From: Bispira polyomma
Lineage: Eukaryota
Assembly: GCA_965649765.1 (NCBI GenBank)
Contig: OZ287755.1
Coordinates: 46,500,001 to 46,564,000, forward strand
Length of the DNA stretch: 64,000 bases
Direction: 5' to 3'
The notes under the pieces were generated by a model. The model was not told the origin of the DNA and made no database searches. It saw only the letters and a program-made list of their open reading frames with translations. Each line of letters starts with the position of its first letter. Within the stretch, counting starts at the first letter, position 1. The position numbers and the translations under genes are program-made. Of this stretch, positions 1 through 14,410 are shown one piece after another.

Positions 1-1840
1 AGCTACAATACAGAATGTCCATAAAAATATCACAATAAATAAAGACAAACATAATCAACACAATTTTTCTGCCTTCTTTCTCTGCCCTTTAAAGTACGAA
101 ATCATACTACAACATATATATTTACAGACTACAGGCAAAATAGAGTTATACATATTTATACAGTTTAAAATCACGATGAAATTAGAAAAGTGAATAACCT
201 CCCAGTTAAATTGATTTGGCAGTCCACCGCCTCAAATTGTATATATATCTGGTAGAGGTCTGCTACTGCTTAATAGAGTTGCTGCCATATAAGGTAACAT
301 ATTCACATTAAGTGATATCTTTTTTCAACTAGAATCAACCTTTTTGGTAATAAGTCATTTCGACTAGTATCACCCCATACTGCATCATAACATTGCCAAT
401 TACAAGTGACTAGCCCGTCTCTTATTTTCTATTTACTGTATTTCTGGAAAGAGAGGAAACACCCGATAAGTTGGATGGAATAGTAATATGGTAAGAGGAG
501 TTAAAAGGCAGAAGGATTTTTTTCCGCCTTGGTTGAAGTTTAAAACAATCGCCTCACACAACCAACTGTAGAAGGTTTGGGAAGAAATCTGAAGTTATGG
601 GAAGTTCAAAATGTTAATTTAACATAGATACACCTTTATGTATGACAAACTTGACTGACTAACACGCTGATTCAATTATGTTGATCCCACAGCTACACAG
701 ATATGTTGGGTTGAATATCTTATTAGTTAGAAAACTGTTTACTACAATATGTGATCAAGATGATAGAACAACATCATAATTTCTCATTAGAAAAAACTTT
801 ATCTAATGCGCAGAAGTACATTGAAAATAGTAAAAACATCAAAAATATATTATTCAATGAAAAGAAAATGAGTTTTTAATATATCTTTCTTTGTTCTTTC
901 AAACTTCCAGCTTTTGAAAAAAAAAAACCAAACAACAATCACACCTTTGCAAGTTTCAGACTCCTATAGAAAGAGAAGTTTTGTCAATAGGCTATTTTTT
1001 TAATAAACCTTTTGAAAAGTTTAAAACTTGTCCAGGTTTTTTTCCGTTATTAAATAGGAATATCGATTTGAAGAAAATACAGAAAAAGCCAACAAACGCT
1101 TGCATTTTTTTCAAATGACAGAAAATGGAACTAATACAGTTTCAAATCGTTAAAAAGACAACGTTACCGGCTTTTTATAAAATGTAACAAAGATCCAAAG
1201 AATTACTATGGAACACAAAGCTTGATTTTTTTTCTAAATACATGGTATTGAACCAATTGAAATATGCGTAGCTGTAAAGAGAATATAACTCCGCAGATGT
1301 CTATGTTACCTTGTTACTGCAGTAAAACAAACCAGCACAGCAACAAAAAACCTAGTCCATACAACTCTGTTTTTAAAATATTTCTTTACAGCAAACTACA
1401 GTAGAACCTTTATTTTACAGACATCTTGGGAGAGTGAGATTTAGTTTGTATAATAGAAGGTCTGTAAAATAGAAATGGCATTTTAGCATAAAACAATAGC
1501 ATAATTATGTTTGTGAGAAGGAAATTGAGTATGTAAAATTGAATATTTAAATAATAGATGGTTAGGTAATAGAGGGTCTACTGTACAATATCAAACGTAT
1601 TACACGTGACTTTAAAAAATGATACATTACATATGAATGTAATAAGATAAGGAAAAAAAGACTTAACATAGGCAAACACGAAGTATTGACTTTTGTAACA
1701 AAATATTGTAAGTCAACCATAATGAATATACAGCACAACTTTTTTATAAATGAAATTCAAGTGGAATCGTAATAAACTTTCCCCTACAGACTAAATTTAA
1801 GACATTGTTGCAGGATATTGTAATACAGGTCTTTTACACA
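1..1840. repeat. Diverged direct duplication, copy 1 (paired with ~3738-5398); identity unknown
   Basis: Collinear shared blocks, e.g. GTTAAATTGATTTGGCAGTCCACC (~205 and ~3926), GAAAACTGTTTACT, and GGATATTGTAATAC-GGTCTTTTACACA at both ends (~1813 and ~5370). Runs off the window start. Confidence 0.8.
1399..1583. mobile_element. Tc1/mariner-type (pogo/Tigger-like) MITE with TA target duplication
   Basis: TA|CAGTAGAACC ... GGGTCTACTG|TA imperfect TIRs. It is absent at the corresponding position of the second duplication copy (~5070). Confidence 0.7.
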
Positions 1841-1954
1841 GCTAGTTTTATTTAGTGGGATAACATCCACGCAAGATGCAAAAATGTGTTTGCCTAGTGT
1901 CTTGGCATGAATATTTTATCAAATGTAGGTAGTCAAACATTTCTATAGATTTTC

Positions 1955-3430
1955 TGCATGGTTTAATGCTAATGTGTTCTTAGGCTACTAGTGTATGATC
2001 TTAAGCTACTGTAGCACGGTCTTGTGATAAAATGGCATAGTCTTAGGCCACTGTGACATTCTGTACCTTAGTATTAGGCTATTGGGACATTATCTTCGGC
2101 CTCTATGACATGGTCTTAAGTCATGTGACATGGTTTAATGCTGATGTTGTCTTAGGCTACTATTGTATGATCTTAGGCTGCTGGGGCAGGGTCTTGTGAT
2201 AGTATGAGATGGTCTTTATTACATGGTATGATGCCAATGTGGTCTTAGGGCACTAATGTATGAGCTTAGGCTATTGTGGCATAGTCTTGGGATAGTATGG
2301 CATGGTCTTAGGCCACTGTGAAATTCTGTGCTATAGTCTTAGGCTATTGAAAGGTGACCATAGGCTATTGAGCCATGATGTCAGGCTACAAATACATGAG
2401 CTTAGACTACAGGTACATAGTCATGAGATACTATGGCATGGTCTTAGACTCATATGGCATGGTCTTTGGGTTATGTGACTTCGTGTTAGGCTGCTCTGGA
2501 ATGGTGTCAGACTGCTATAACATGGTTGTAAGCTACAGACCTGATATTCAGCTTTATGATCTGATGCTTTTGTGACATGACCTTAAGCAACTGACACGAT
2601 CTTAGGCTATGGGAAATTAAGTTAGGCTATTATGACATATTCTGAGGCCACATGGTATGGTATGTGGTAACAAGTACATGATCTTAAGCTACTGTTATTG
2701 GTATTAGACTACTGAGACATGGTCATATTACTAGTGGTACAAATCCTACATGGATCCTACACAGATGGTCATTATCTTTGACTTCTATGGCATTGTCTTA
2801 GGCTATATGACATTATCTGACCCCAATATGGTCTTAGGTTTCCAATGCATGATCTTAGGCTATTGTCACATGGTCTTATGCTAGTGAGACATAATCTTAG
2901 ATAGGGTTGACCTGGTATGATGCTAAAGTAACATGGTCTAAGCCTATATGACATTTGTACACCAGTGACACATGATCTTGTGCCATGTGGCATTGTTTAG
3001 GCTACAGGTCCATGATCTTAGGCTACTGTGGCATGGTCTTGTACTAATATAACATGGTCTTAGGCCACTGTCACATTATTTACCTTAGTCTTAAACTAGT
3101 GTACCATAGTCTTAGGCTACTAAAAGATGATCATAGGCTGGTGCGACATGGTGTTAGGCTTGACTTTAGGCTACAGGTAGATGGTCTTACGTTAGTGTGG
3201 AATTGTCTTAAGCGATAGGTACATGGTATTAGGATACTGTGGCATGGTGTTAGACTTAATCTTGAGCTACATTATTAGGATACATATACATAATATTCAT
3301 CTAATGGGGCATGGTCTAAAGATAATCAGACATAGCATTTTGCTACTGAGACATGGTATTATCCTACGGATACATTGTCTTAGGCTATGGAGACATGGTT
3401 TTAGCTAGTGTGACATGGTATTTGGCTGCA
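1955..3430. repeat. Degenerate minisatellite, ~21-bp unit (consensus near ATGGTCTTAGGCTACTGTGAC)
   Basis: Dozens of variants of catggtcttaggcta recur at ~21-nt spacing. Confidence 0.85.
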
Positions 3431-3737
3431 TGTACATAGATGGTGGCAAATGGGAAGATAGATAGATAAATATTATTTCAGGCCAGGGTCGATGTTAAAA
3501 TATAACTTGTACAAGATAAAACAGTATCATACAGAAGCATAATCAATTTCTACACAAGTAAAAGGAGTATTACATGTCTGTGGTATGGCTTCAAATTATA
3601 TGACATACAAAATAAAACATATTAGATAAAACATACATGTTCTTATTGAGCTTATATTCACACTTACCTTCATAGAATGTTCCTTAAGCAATCCGGAAAA
3701 ATACAAATTTTTAAATGAAGAAATCTGGTAATACATT

Positions 3738-5398
3738 TACAATACAAACTTTCCATAAAAATCTCAAAAAAACAAAACAAACATATTCCAAATAATTTTT
3801 CTGGCTGCTTTAAAGTAAGTAATCATACTAAAAATAGATTAGATCATAACCGACTACAGGCAAAACCGAACAGTTTTATAATTCTTAAAAATCATGATGA
3901 AACTAGAAAAGTGAATGACTTATCAGTTAAATTGATTTGGCAGTCCACCACCTCAAATTGTATATATATATATAAAGAAGGTCTGCTACCGCCTAATAAA
4001 GTTACTACCATATAAGGTAACATATTCACATTGGATGATACATTCTTTCAACGAGCAAACAGCCTCATTTCCACCCACAGTCTTTCCACCCAGTATCAGC
4101 CCATACTGCATGATAACCTCATCAATTCCAGGTGACCAGCCTGTCTCTAACCTTCTATTAAATACATGTATGGAAAGAGATGGAAACACCAGATTAGTGT
4201 GATAGAATAGTTACACCAGTAATATGGTTAGAAGAGAAAAGTGTCCAGCCAAATGTAGAAGGTTTGGAAAGGAATCTAAAGTTATAGGAAGTTATAGGTG
4301 TTAACATAGACAGACCCTAATGTATGACAGAGTTAAGTGACTAGCACACACTTTGACTTAAATTGATCCTTACAGACACACAGATACATTGGATTGACTA
4401 TCTTGAGTTCGAAAACTGTTTACTGCAATATGTGACCAATAAGATAGAACAACATCATCATTTCTCATCAGAAAAAAACAACGCTTCATTTAATGCGTAG
4501 ATTTACATCGAAACTAGTAAAAACTTTTAATATATTTTCCAAAGAAAAGAAAATGAGATCATTTATTCTTTGATGCTCTTTCTAAGTTCGAGCTTTTGTA
4601 AAAAAAAAAACCACACACAATCACACCTTTACAAGTTACAGACTCCCATAGAAATAAAGGATGTGATGAATAGGTTATTTTTTAAGAAACCTTATGAGTT
4701 TCAAAGATGTCCATGCATTTTTCAATATTTAATAGAAATAGGCATTCAAAGAAAAACATAAGAAGGCGACAGCGACTTCCTTTGTTTTCCCATAATAGAC
4801 AATGGAACTGATGCCATTTCAAATAGTTAAAAAAAACCAACATTATTCACTTTTTATAAAAGTAAACAAAGGTCCAAAGAATTACATTAGAAAAGAGTAG
4901 AGACTTGATTCATTTAATAATTACAGGGTATTGAACCAATTGAAATGTGCATAGTTGTAAAGAGAATATACCCCCAAACATGTTACATTGTTCTTACAGT
5001 AAACAGCACAACAAGAAAAACCTAGTCTACACAACTAGTGTATATTTAAAATTTTTCTTGTTTTAAAGAAAACACTTTGTCAAACATCTTACTCGTGACT
5101 ATTGAAAAAGATACAACACTCAGGAAAGTAATAATATAAAGAAATAAGACTTAACATAGGAAACTATGAAAAACTCTAAGTAAATACTCCTAAATATAGC
5201 TAAAGTGTGATATAGTAATCCTAAATTGTACTTACTTACTGTGAATAAAATATATTTTAAGAGTTTTATTCCACAGTTATATACAGTACAACCTTTTTAT
5301 AAATTAAAGTCAACTGGAACCTCAAAACTTTTCTCTCTCGAAACAGACTCAATTTAAGACAATGTTGTAGGATATTGTAATACGGGTCTTTTACACAA
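3738..5398. repeat. Diverged direct duplication, copy 2
   Basis: Collinear with 1-1840. Confidence 0.8.
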
Positions 5399-7174
5399 GT
5401 GATTGCTGTATGGCTCGTTTACACATACACAGAACATTGTACCATAAACTTTATATTTAAATTTGAACACAGCACTCGAAGTGAAAACGTGTGTATTGTG
5501 CCATTATTTTCAGTCTTTGGCCTCGTTTAGGGCCATTTAGTAACATCCAGTAACATTCAATAAAGTTAGTAAAGGCCCGGTCTCATTGAGACATCTGTCT
5601 GTGACCCTTCGTAGTGGGTAGTTATGGGCATTTGGTGTATATCTTTATCTCTCAAAAAGTCCCTTCCCAGAAGAAGCTCAGGCAAGTTTGAAACCACAAA
5701 GCCATATTGACCACAGTATAAGGGACAAATGAAATAGAGTTAAACTTAAACATATGATTAATATGTATACATGGGTAAACACCAACATGAGGATAACAAA
5801 ATAGAACAAGTGAAAAAGCCACTGGTGACTAAAAGTTAAATTTTAGAAACAGGCAAGAAATAAGTTGGTGTTCGGAATTTTATGTCCCATGTTTATTGTT
5901 TCAATGTTTATTTCAATAGGGTGTCTCGTTGTGTGGAGTCACACAAGCTAATTGAGTGAGGGGTGATTCGTGATTTGGTTATTGAATCAGGCGAGGATAG
6001 ACAGAGAGAACAACAAGAACTGATTAAACAAACAAAGATTTAGTAAGGAAGGGGAACTGATCCAGCATGCCCCTGAAGTGATCTTGCTCAACATTTGTAC
6101 ATACTAAACCTTTTACATTGCCGTGCATTCAATTATGTACTCGACAAATTCTTCATCTCCTTTGATGGTGTATTTAAACCAATAATATAGTACAGCCAAC
6201 CAGAACTGGTAACCATAACTCCCCTATCTAAAACATACTTGTGGGTGGCTATTTATCAATGTGCCAGATTTACATTAGCCTGTTGTAACATTAACATAGG
6301 TTAACCTTAACAAAGGTTCTATCTGTCTGGGATTAAACCAAAATTCTCTGCATGGTCTAGCGAGTGTTAGCCTCTGTGCCTCAGTGACAGTTAATTTGTG
6401 CACACTAAACCATTAGCCTCAGCGAAAGACTAAAATAACTCAGCTTAGTTCAATGGTGCTTCATTTCACCCAATGAACAGCCACAAAAAGCATATTTTAA
6501 ACTAGCATCAATGTAAATGAAACCCCTTCGAAGAATCTTCCTTTTTTACCTATTGTTTTTCTTGTAATTACAAAAGGTCAACCTTTCTTAGCTTTACAAT
6601 TTTTTGCCAACAAATATAATTGATATAATTGCATACAAAGGCATAAGACTTTGGTGAACAAAACAAGTTGTTTTTGTTAATTTGTACAGTTAAACTGAAC
6701 TAAAATTTAGACTTACATTCATACAACATTGAATGTTTCCAATGAATTCTATTTTAGTTTAATGACTAAGGTACACAAATCTACTCGAAAAACATCCCAA
6801 CGTGGACAACACAATGTGTTTCTATCTGCATTATTGTATTATTTTAAAAATGTGCTCCAATATAATGTCACTAACTTATACTACATTTGAATTGCACTGA
6901 AATTTATTTTGAAAATTTAGTTTTCTTTGTTTTAGTTCCAAACATAAAACAAATTAAAATTTGCATTGTCATTCCACTATTTAATTAATTCAGATATATC
7001 TCAGATTACTTTCTAGGCAATATTCTTGATCTTGCTTTTCTGCTGATTATGTTTTTTCATAAAGGTTGCAATAATTAATCTTCCTGTGAATTCAATAAAG
7101 GGAAAAAAAACTGTTTTTCAATTGAAATGAAAAGTTCTATTCCCTTTGTAGATTTCATTCTAGAACGATATGTC

Positions 7175-7234
7175 TATAAAAGAGGGGAAATATCTTGATC
7201 ACATTACAAGGAACAGACGACTACTCATACAAAG
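7175..7234 (+). promoter_or_regulatory. Probable TATA box (TATAAAAG 7175-7182) and short non-coding first exon (~7200-7234) of the TSP1-repeat gene
   Basis: TATAAAAG lies ~50 nt before donor AAAG|GTAACA. The next plausible acceptor, TTTACAG|G at 8170, opens the ATG exon. Confidence 0.55.
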
Positions 7235-8176
7235 GTAACACCTTACATGTATATCACCTGAGGGGTAGGTACTAAGGCTGAAATGTAGAAACATTATGAC
7301 AGTAAATGTTTCACATTAGTTAAGTTTAGTTTGGGTTTGATTTCGTTTTTAACACGTCGTATGTCATATCATGACAGGCTGTTCAGCAGTGGAGGAAATC
7401 AGAGCAGGCTACTTGCTCATGGTTTTCTACTCTGCAAACCACCAGCTTTCAGCAAGTTTACTACCATCTTTGTCAGATACATGACAGGGCAAAGGTTCCA
7501 ACATCTCAGGTGGGAATCGAGTGTGTTTGTGGGAATGTCAGTGCTGCTTTATTTTCATTAAAAAGTGAATTGAACTATATCAGGCTATGCAAATTGAATT
7601 AAATTATTTATGCCGGCCAAAAAGTTAAAGTTTGTCACTGTGAACTTAAAAAAGTCAAACGGGTTTCTTTTTATTGTTGTTGATTCATTTATTTAAATAG
7701 TAGTGTTTCATTTTAATAATTCTGGCGGACAGTCATCATACATGTATATTGTTTAATGGTTATTCTACAGACGGTCCAGGTAAAAATGACAGTGTAAACT
7801 GACGGTGTAAACTGTCAAGTGTAATAAGTTTTCATTATGCAAACTATATTAGGCAGATGATATGTATATAGTCGACAAAATAAAATTTCAAATTTATGTC
7901 TTGTTGAAAATACAACTTTAATTTCGGCCAAGGAAGGAATTTTTAAAGACACAACTAACCCATCAAGAAAATGTTTAAAACTATTGAATGTACAAAACAC
8001 AAGGTAATATATGGGTTTTCGGTGTTATTTTGTATCTAATTGTCACAAATTATTAAATATTTTAAACCGAGTTAGTTGTAGATGTGCCGACTGTTGCTGC
8101 CCAATTTATCATAATGTCAACTTAACCATATACACTTTTTGGAATATAAACCAAGCTTTACAATTTACAGGTAGCC

Positions 8177-11100
8177 ATGGGGTGGTATATTTCTGTTCTA
8201 GTGGTTCTGGCATCAGTAGCTTGGACTTGTCAGGCAGGTTGTGGTAAGTTTATAACACAGATCATGATGACAGTTTAAAACCAGATTCACGAATAAAATT
8301 GTTCTTAAATGTCTTGCAACTCAGATCATACTGGGATTCTCAAACATTCTAAACTGTATGACTTCTCCATACATTTCAAGTAACCAAATGGTGTATCATA
8401 GATTTAAAAAATATAAAGTATCCTCACACTAACAGTTCTATGTATGTTTCAACGTAATTAAGTGATATATGAATATACACCAATAAATATATATTCCAAA
8501 AATATTGGAAGTTGACTTACAGTTTATTATCCCATTACTTTTTTCCACCCTTACTATTTTCATAATGTGTATCATGTAAACTATGTCTATATCACGTTCT
8601 ATCTAAACGTACCCTACAGATATTTTTTATAATGTCTATCCTGAAAAGAAAAAATAAATGAATATAAAATATTAAAGAATCCAAGTATGCATTAGGAATT
8701 GAGACATTCTTACCTTTTTGATGCTGGTTTTCAAACCTGTAAAATTGATGCCAATTCTTTAAACTTAAAATCTAAGTATTACATAAGTAGAGTAGAGGCA
8801 TTTGAATTTGATTTTAAAAGAAAACTAACTTAAATAAAAAAAACCTTTCCTTACCCTAATCTTATGTGTATTTAACTTAATTTACTTATTTTTTACCTAA
8901 AATCTAGCCTAAAGTCAGTAATGTTTCATTTGATGAAGTGGTGCTGAGAGTCAATATCTGCATGTGATTGATAACTCTTGTCCAATGTATATACAGTTAG
9001 TCAAACACTCCTAGTAGTTAATGCTCTATGTATCATATGTATCGTTAAAGCTCTATGTATCATATGTATCGTAAAGCATCATACTTTATCGCTGACGTGT
9101 TTTTGTGTTTACGTTACTAACACCTTAAGAACAGATGTCATTGGTATGAAAGATATCAAGTTTTCCTTAAGTGAACTATAGTCTCTCTATAGTCTCTCAT
9201 AGATGACAAAAAATACTGTGGTTTAATAAAAATGCTGTGGTTTAATAAAAATGCTTAAAACCTATATCTTTAAACTCGCTCCTACCCTAATCCCGCTCCC
9301 TGTACACAGCCAGTTACTTCCTTTCGACCTACACTATGTTTTGTGGGACTTACTATTGGATTACTGATTCTGTTGTTGTGCTTTAAAAAATACCTCGTAT
9401 CATATGTCTTCCAGAGAATTTTATTTTAGTCTATTTAGACTATTTTGGCTACATGTTATAGTTAGGTGAATGTTATTAGTTGCAATATAAGATCCTACAT
9501 TTGTATCACTATGAGTAATTCTAGTTACAACGTTAAGTACATAGTAACAGGTATATGTATTGCCATTGTTAACTGTTTATGTAAATTTGTTAAATGTTTT
9601 TCGTAGTTTGGTATGTAGTAAATTAACATTGGCAATATAACCAAGATAACTCAAATGTCATAATAGCTATGTTATTTTCTTCAATAACCTCTAAATGTGT
9701 TTTTAATCCTGCTTATTCTTACTGAATTGCCAGTGGGACCGTTACACTATGCTGTACTTATCAACAGGTTGGAGCAAATGGGGGTCATGGAGTTCTTGCA
9801 GTGTCACTTGTGGCTATGGGGAACGTTACAGAAGTCGTGAGTGCCCTAAATACTGCGAGTGCCCAGGAAAGAGCAAAGAGACGGAGAAGTGTGAAAATGA
9901 GCCGTGCTGTGGTGACTAAAGTTATATCAATGTTATATATATGAATTTATACATGAAATTTAGAAAACTATTTGAGGAACTTCAGTAATGTGGTGGTAAC
10001 ACATTTGCCTTCTAACTATGCTGTCGTGGCTTTAAATTTTACACGTGTGAATCCACTTTGGCGGTGGACTTGTGTTGATAATATAAGGACACATTAAGAA
10101 TACTGACAAAGTATTACTTACATATTATTATTTTATGGGTAAACTTTTCTTAATACCACTTTTCTTACGCAGACTGCCTAAATTTTCTTTTTTTTGTGGC
10201 TCTAAATGTTTAGTTTTTACTTGCTAAACATTTTCTACCTTATAATATATATCATGTACACTATTGAACATTCATTATTATACATATTGAGAAAATTATA
10301 CATAGGCTTATGTAACTATTAAACATCCTTGTAATTTCAATAAACCTATACCATTCTGTACTTATACACGTTATGTCTGCAGATATTATGTTTTTACCAC
10401 TTTCGAAATCTTGGTATAATACGATTGTTGATCAAATAAATTTGAGTCTATTTTAGACTATTTGCCTACATATTATGGTTATGTGAATGTTATTAGTTGC
10501 AATATAAGATCATACATTTGTATCACTGAGTAATTCTAGTTACAACGTTAAGTACATAGCAACAGGTATATGTATTGCCATTGTTAAATGTTTATGTAAA
10601 TTTATTAAATGTTTTTCGTAGGTTAGTATGTAGTAAATTAACAGTGGTGATTTAACTAAGCTCATCCAAATGTCATACTAACTAACTAAACATCAAACAC
10701 CTTCAAATGTGTTGATAATCCTGCTTATTCTTACTGAATTGCCAGTTTAACCGTTACTCTATGCTGTGCTCATTCACAGATTGGAACACTTGGACCCCAT
10801 GGAGTTCTTGCGATGTCACGTGTGGCAAAGGGAAACGTTACAGAAGCCGTGAGTGCAAGCCTGACTATTGCAGCCCACATGATTGCCCAGGACACAGCAA
10901 AGAGACTAAGTCGTGTAAAAATAAATCGTGCTGTAAAGGTGACTAAAGTTACATCAATGTTTTTTTATGAAGTTATATATAAAGTTTAGAAAACTAATGG
11001 AGGAACTTCGGTAATGCGGTTGTAACACATTTGCCTTCTAACTATGCTGTCGGGTTTCAATTTCACACATGTGAATCCACTTCGGCAGTGGACTTGTGTT

Positions 11101-13859
11101 GACAATATAAGGACACATTAAGAATACTGACACAGAATTGAACACCTTATCTTTGTTTGATCATATAGTAGTCATTCACAATTGTAAGATACCGAGGCTG
11201 ATCTTCTGATGGAAACTACTGGGTGCAGATCAAAATGTCATGGAGAAAAATTGATCCGGCACAAAATGTACTGGGACAAATGATACCACCCTCAGGACTA
11301 AAGTTTCCCAAGATTTATAGCCTATACACTTCAGAGATGTAATTAATTTTAACCTGGGTGTTTTTAGGTGGTGATTGCTATTTATAAACATAGTAAAAGA
11401 TAACAATTTTTAGGTCATCACTTTAATGTTCTTTTAGGACATATGTTGTATGCAAATCAATTACTCAAATAGTAGTAATGGCTGATCCTGGTAAATTTTA
11501 TATGTAACAAAAATTAACATATATATATTTATATCAGCCCAAATTTAGGAATATTTATAAACTAAGATACAAACGCAGGATGTGGATTGAAATGGCCAGT
11601 TTATTCAACTGACAAAAATGTATATATTAAACCATGCATACAAGATCTTTAAAATTTGATAAAATCACACAAGTGACTTATATATACATTATTTATTTAC
11701 ATAAATGTGGTGAGGGACACAAACCCAATCTACCACTTCATGTTCTGATGGTTACTGCAATAATGTCCTGTACAAATAAATTAGGCTTTATCAAGTATTC
11801 CTTATTAGGAATTAATAAATGGGATCATTAAGTTACTGATTGTGGTAAAGTATTTTTTACTCGCAAGTTCCAATTTTTACTAGGAATTAATTACCACCAT
11901 CCCAACTCATTAGTTAAAATAGTTGACATGAATTCCTAGTGACCATTTTGACATATAGTATGTTACTAGAATGTGCCGACTTTACTTATATTTGCTTATT
12001 CTGACTGTAACTCATTGTGACCACAATTTTTTTTTCATGTGACTACTTGGATGTGCTGGGTGAGTAGCAAAGTGGACCAAATGGAGCCGATGGAGTGGAT
12101 GCGATGACTGTCAATACGAAGAGAAACGAATTAGGAAATGTAGATGGAAGCCAAAGAAATCTTGTAAAAGTCAGTGATGCTTATTTTCTTGTTCTATTCT
12201 CAATCACTCATTGGCATTGTACAACTTTGGCTTTTAACATACTCCAAACACTTCAGTACTCTCTTTGTCGAATAGCCACTAAGACTAATTTTTCCCCTCA
12301 CATTAATTACCTGAATAAACCCTACTGGTTACCTCTAAAGTATGGAATCATCTCGAATATGCACCTCAAGAGAGTTCCTTTATAACAATAAATATGGGCC
12401 AACTAATTTTGTACATCTATAAATACATTTGTGCATCAACATTATTGATACCTACATATCAAGATTATATTATTAATAGCTTATAAACTAGGGTTTTTAC
12501 TACTATTTATGTCAAGAGTTGGTTTTCTTTTTAGATCAAGGGAAGCCAAGTTGTCCTGGGAATAGCGAGGAGACGAGAGCTTGTGACTATAGTAAGTGCT
12601 GCATTTGTCCATGTCTACATTCAGGCCTTATTATTAGTAAGTAGTAAGTTTATACATGTCTATATTCGGGCCTTATAAATGTAGTAAGTATTGCAATTAT
12701 CCATGTCTATATGTCTAAATACACAATTGTCAAAATTATTATGAAACTAAAGCTTGTCTTGTGTCATATATAGAACCTTCCAAATGGGGTAAGTGGTCTT
12801 CGTGGAGCAGTTGTCCCACCTGTGGCGAAGGAACTCGAATGAGGACAAGGACATGTATCGAGTACTGTGGAGATTGTAAAGGAAATGACAAAGAAACAGA
12901 AGATTGTGGCTACAGACCACCTTGCTGTACATGTAAGTAGTGTGACATAGCTGAAGTACGTCACTTAGTGGCTTTGATGGTTTAATTGTAACTTTCCAAA
13001 TTACATATATTATTGTATTCAAATTTCTAATACACTTTTCATTTGAGTAAAGTACAATCAGTCCCAGTGCTTGTCATTTCCCTAACTAAAGACAGGGGAT
13101 TGAGATTTACCATTTATCAATATCAAACTGAGAATCACCCGAGTCACTACATATCTGCAGATTGCCCGTTCCTGGGATAGAACACAGGTCTAGAGGACAG
13201 GCTACGACACCCTTCACCATGTGAAGCATGAAAGGGAGTTGCGCCCCTTGCCGCCGGATGCTACGGGGTGGGTTAACACCCGGTCTGGTTGGTTGCTGAT
13301 TAACCAGCTGTTAACCCCCTACCCTCACAACCTTGCTATGCCCACAGACTTTACGTTTGGATCACTGATTCTGCTGTTGCTGTTATTGATTTAGCATCAA
13401 TAAAGCGCGTTAAAAATGCATAATAATATTAATAATAATTATGTGTTCCCTAGTGAGTGTGTTACTCATTAGACCCAATCAGTCACAACGACAGATGTAA
13501 GGCCCAGTATTGCATGCAAATACTTTAAAACCCTTTAAAATATCCCATATGTGTGAAACAAATGAAAGAACAACTGGAAGTCACATTTATGACATTGAGA
13601 CTTTCTCCAAACTGGACAAAAACAAACTTGTGAAAAAAAAACGTGTTGAAGACGACATTTAAGCCAAACTAATCTACTTTTAATGTTTCAAAGTAATATA
13701 ACCATTGTCTATTTGACTTTAGGTTATTGGGGGGAATGGGGGAAGTGCAAGGAGAGTGGTGGATATCCCCCTGAGTGTACGAGGAAGAGAACATGTATGT
13801 GTGACCCTAAATACTGTGGTGACTGTAAAGGGAAGGATGAAGAAGATTGTGAATGTTAA
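8177..13859 (+). CDS. Secreted thrombospondin type-1 repeat protein, ~274 aa. Coding exons 8177-8243, 9768-9911, 10780-10938, 12068-12169, 12535-12591, 12774-12932, 13723-13859
   Basis: Kozak GCCATGG and signal peptide MGWYISVLVVLASVAWTCQA. All coding introns are GT-AG phase 1 and the exons sum to 825 nt. Repeats read WSKWGSWSSCSVTCGYGERYRSREC, WNTWTPWSSCDVTCGKGKRYRSREC, WTKWSRWSGCDDC..KRIRKC, WGKWSSWSSCPTCGEGTRMRTRTC and WGEWGKC..TRKRTC. The 12068 acceptor (GAG/TAG NAGNAG) is the weakest junction. Confidence 0.85.
9421..11133 (+). repeat. Intragenic tandem duplication (~9421-10110 vs ~10441-11133), each copy carrying one TSP1 exon plus intron flanks
   Basis: Near-identical intronic blocks occur twice ~1 kb apart: GTGAATGTTATTAGTTGCAATATAAGATC, AATCCTGCTTATTCTTACTGAATTGCCAGT and AATATAAGGACACATTAAGAATACTGAC. 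Confidence 0.9.
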
Positions 13860-14131
13860 AAGGTAAGAAAAAGCCTGTCTTCACAAAAAGGATTTATTAT
13901 TCATTCATTTATTTAGTGTAGTGATATGTAACTTTATCAAATGTTTGATAAATGACTGCAATTACCCAGCCCTTTTGTGGGGCTTATCTTCATGCTCCTG
14001 TTTACTGTTTCTATATTTAGCTAGCTAGTTGTTATAACATACATGTTCTGCGATTTTGTATAGTTTATAGCAATATGCTAGGTGTCTAGCATTAAATTGT
14101 ATCAATCTTTCATTCTCTAAAAGATTATTAA

Positions 14132-14330
14132 GGGTCCATGGTGACCTAGTGGTTAGAAGCGCTTTCTAATAAACATTGGTTTCTCACCAATATGGGTTCT
14201 AATCCCATGTGTTCCTTCATGCTAGAAAGTTAGTCAGGTACTTGCTGTATGTCAGTATGCTGTATGTTTAGCAGCTAATATATAGTTGCCACAATATGCA
14301 TATAGGAGTAGCCAATAGTATCAAAAATAT
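14132..14330 (+). mobile_element. Degenerate tRNA-derived SINE
   Basis: A-box-like GGTGACCTAGTGGTT and B-box-like GGTTCTAATCCC. The head resembles the SINE at 45742. The 3' end is approximate. Confidence 0.5.
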
Positions 14331-14410
14331 TACTCAACTATGATTTTCTACTTTTGCATAATTTTTTCCCCAGATATTTTAGTACCCTTGGCCCTGCGTT
14401 CTTAAACCCT

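Noticed and set aside
2375-3408. Short ORFs in the minisatellite
   Set aside because: They are by-products of a 21-bp (multiple of 3) repeat.
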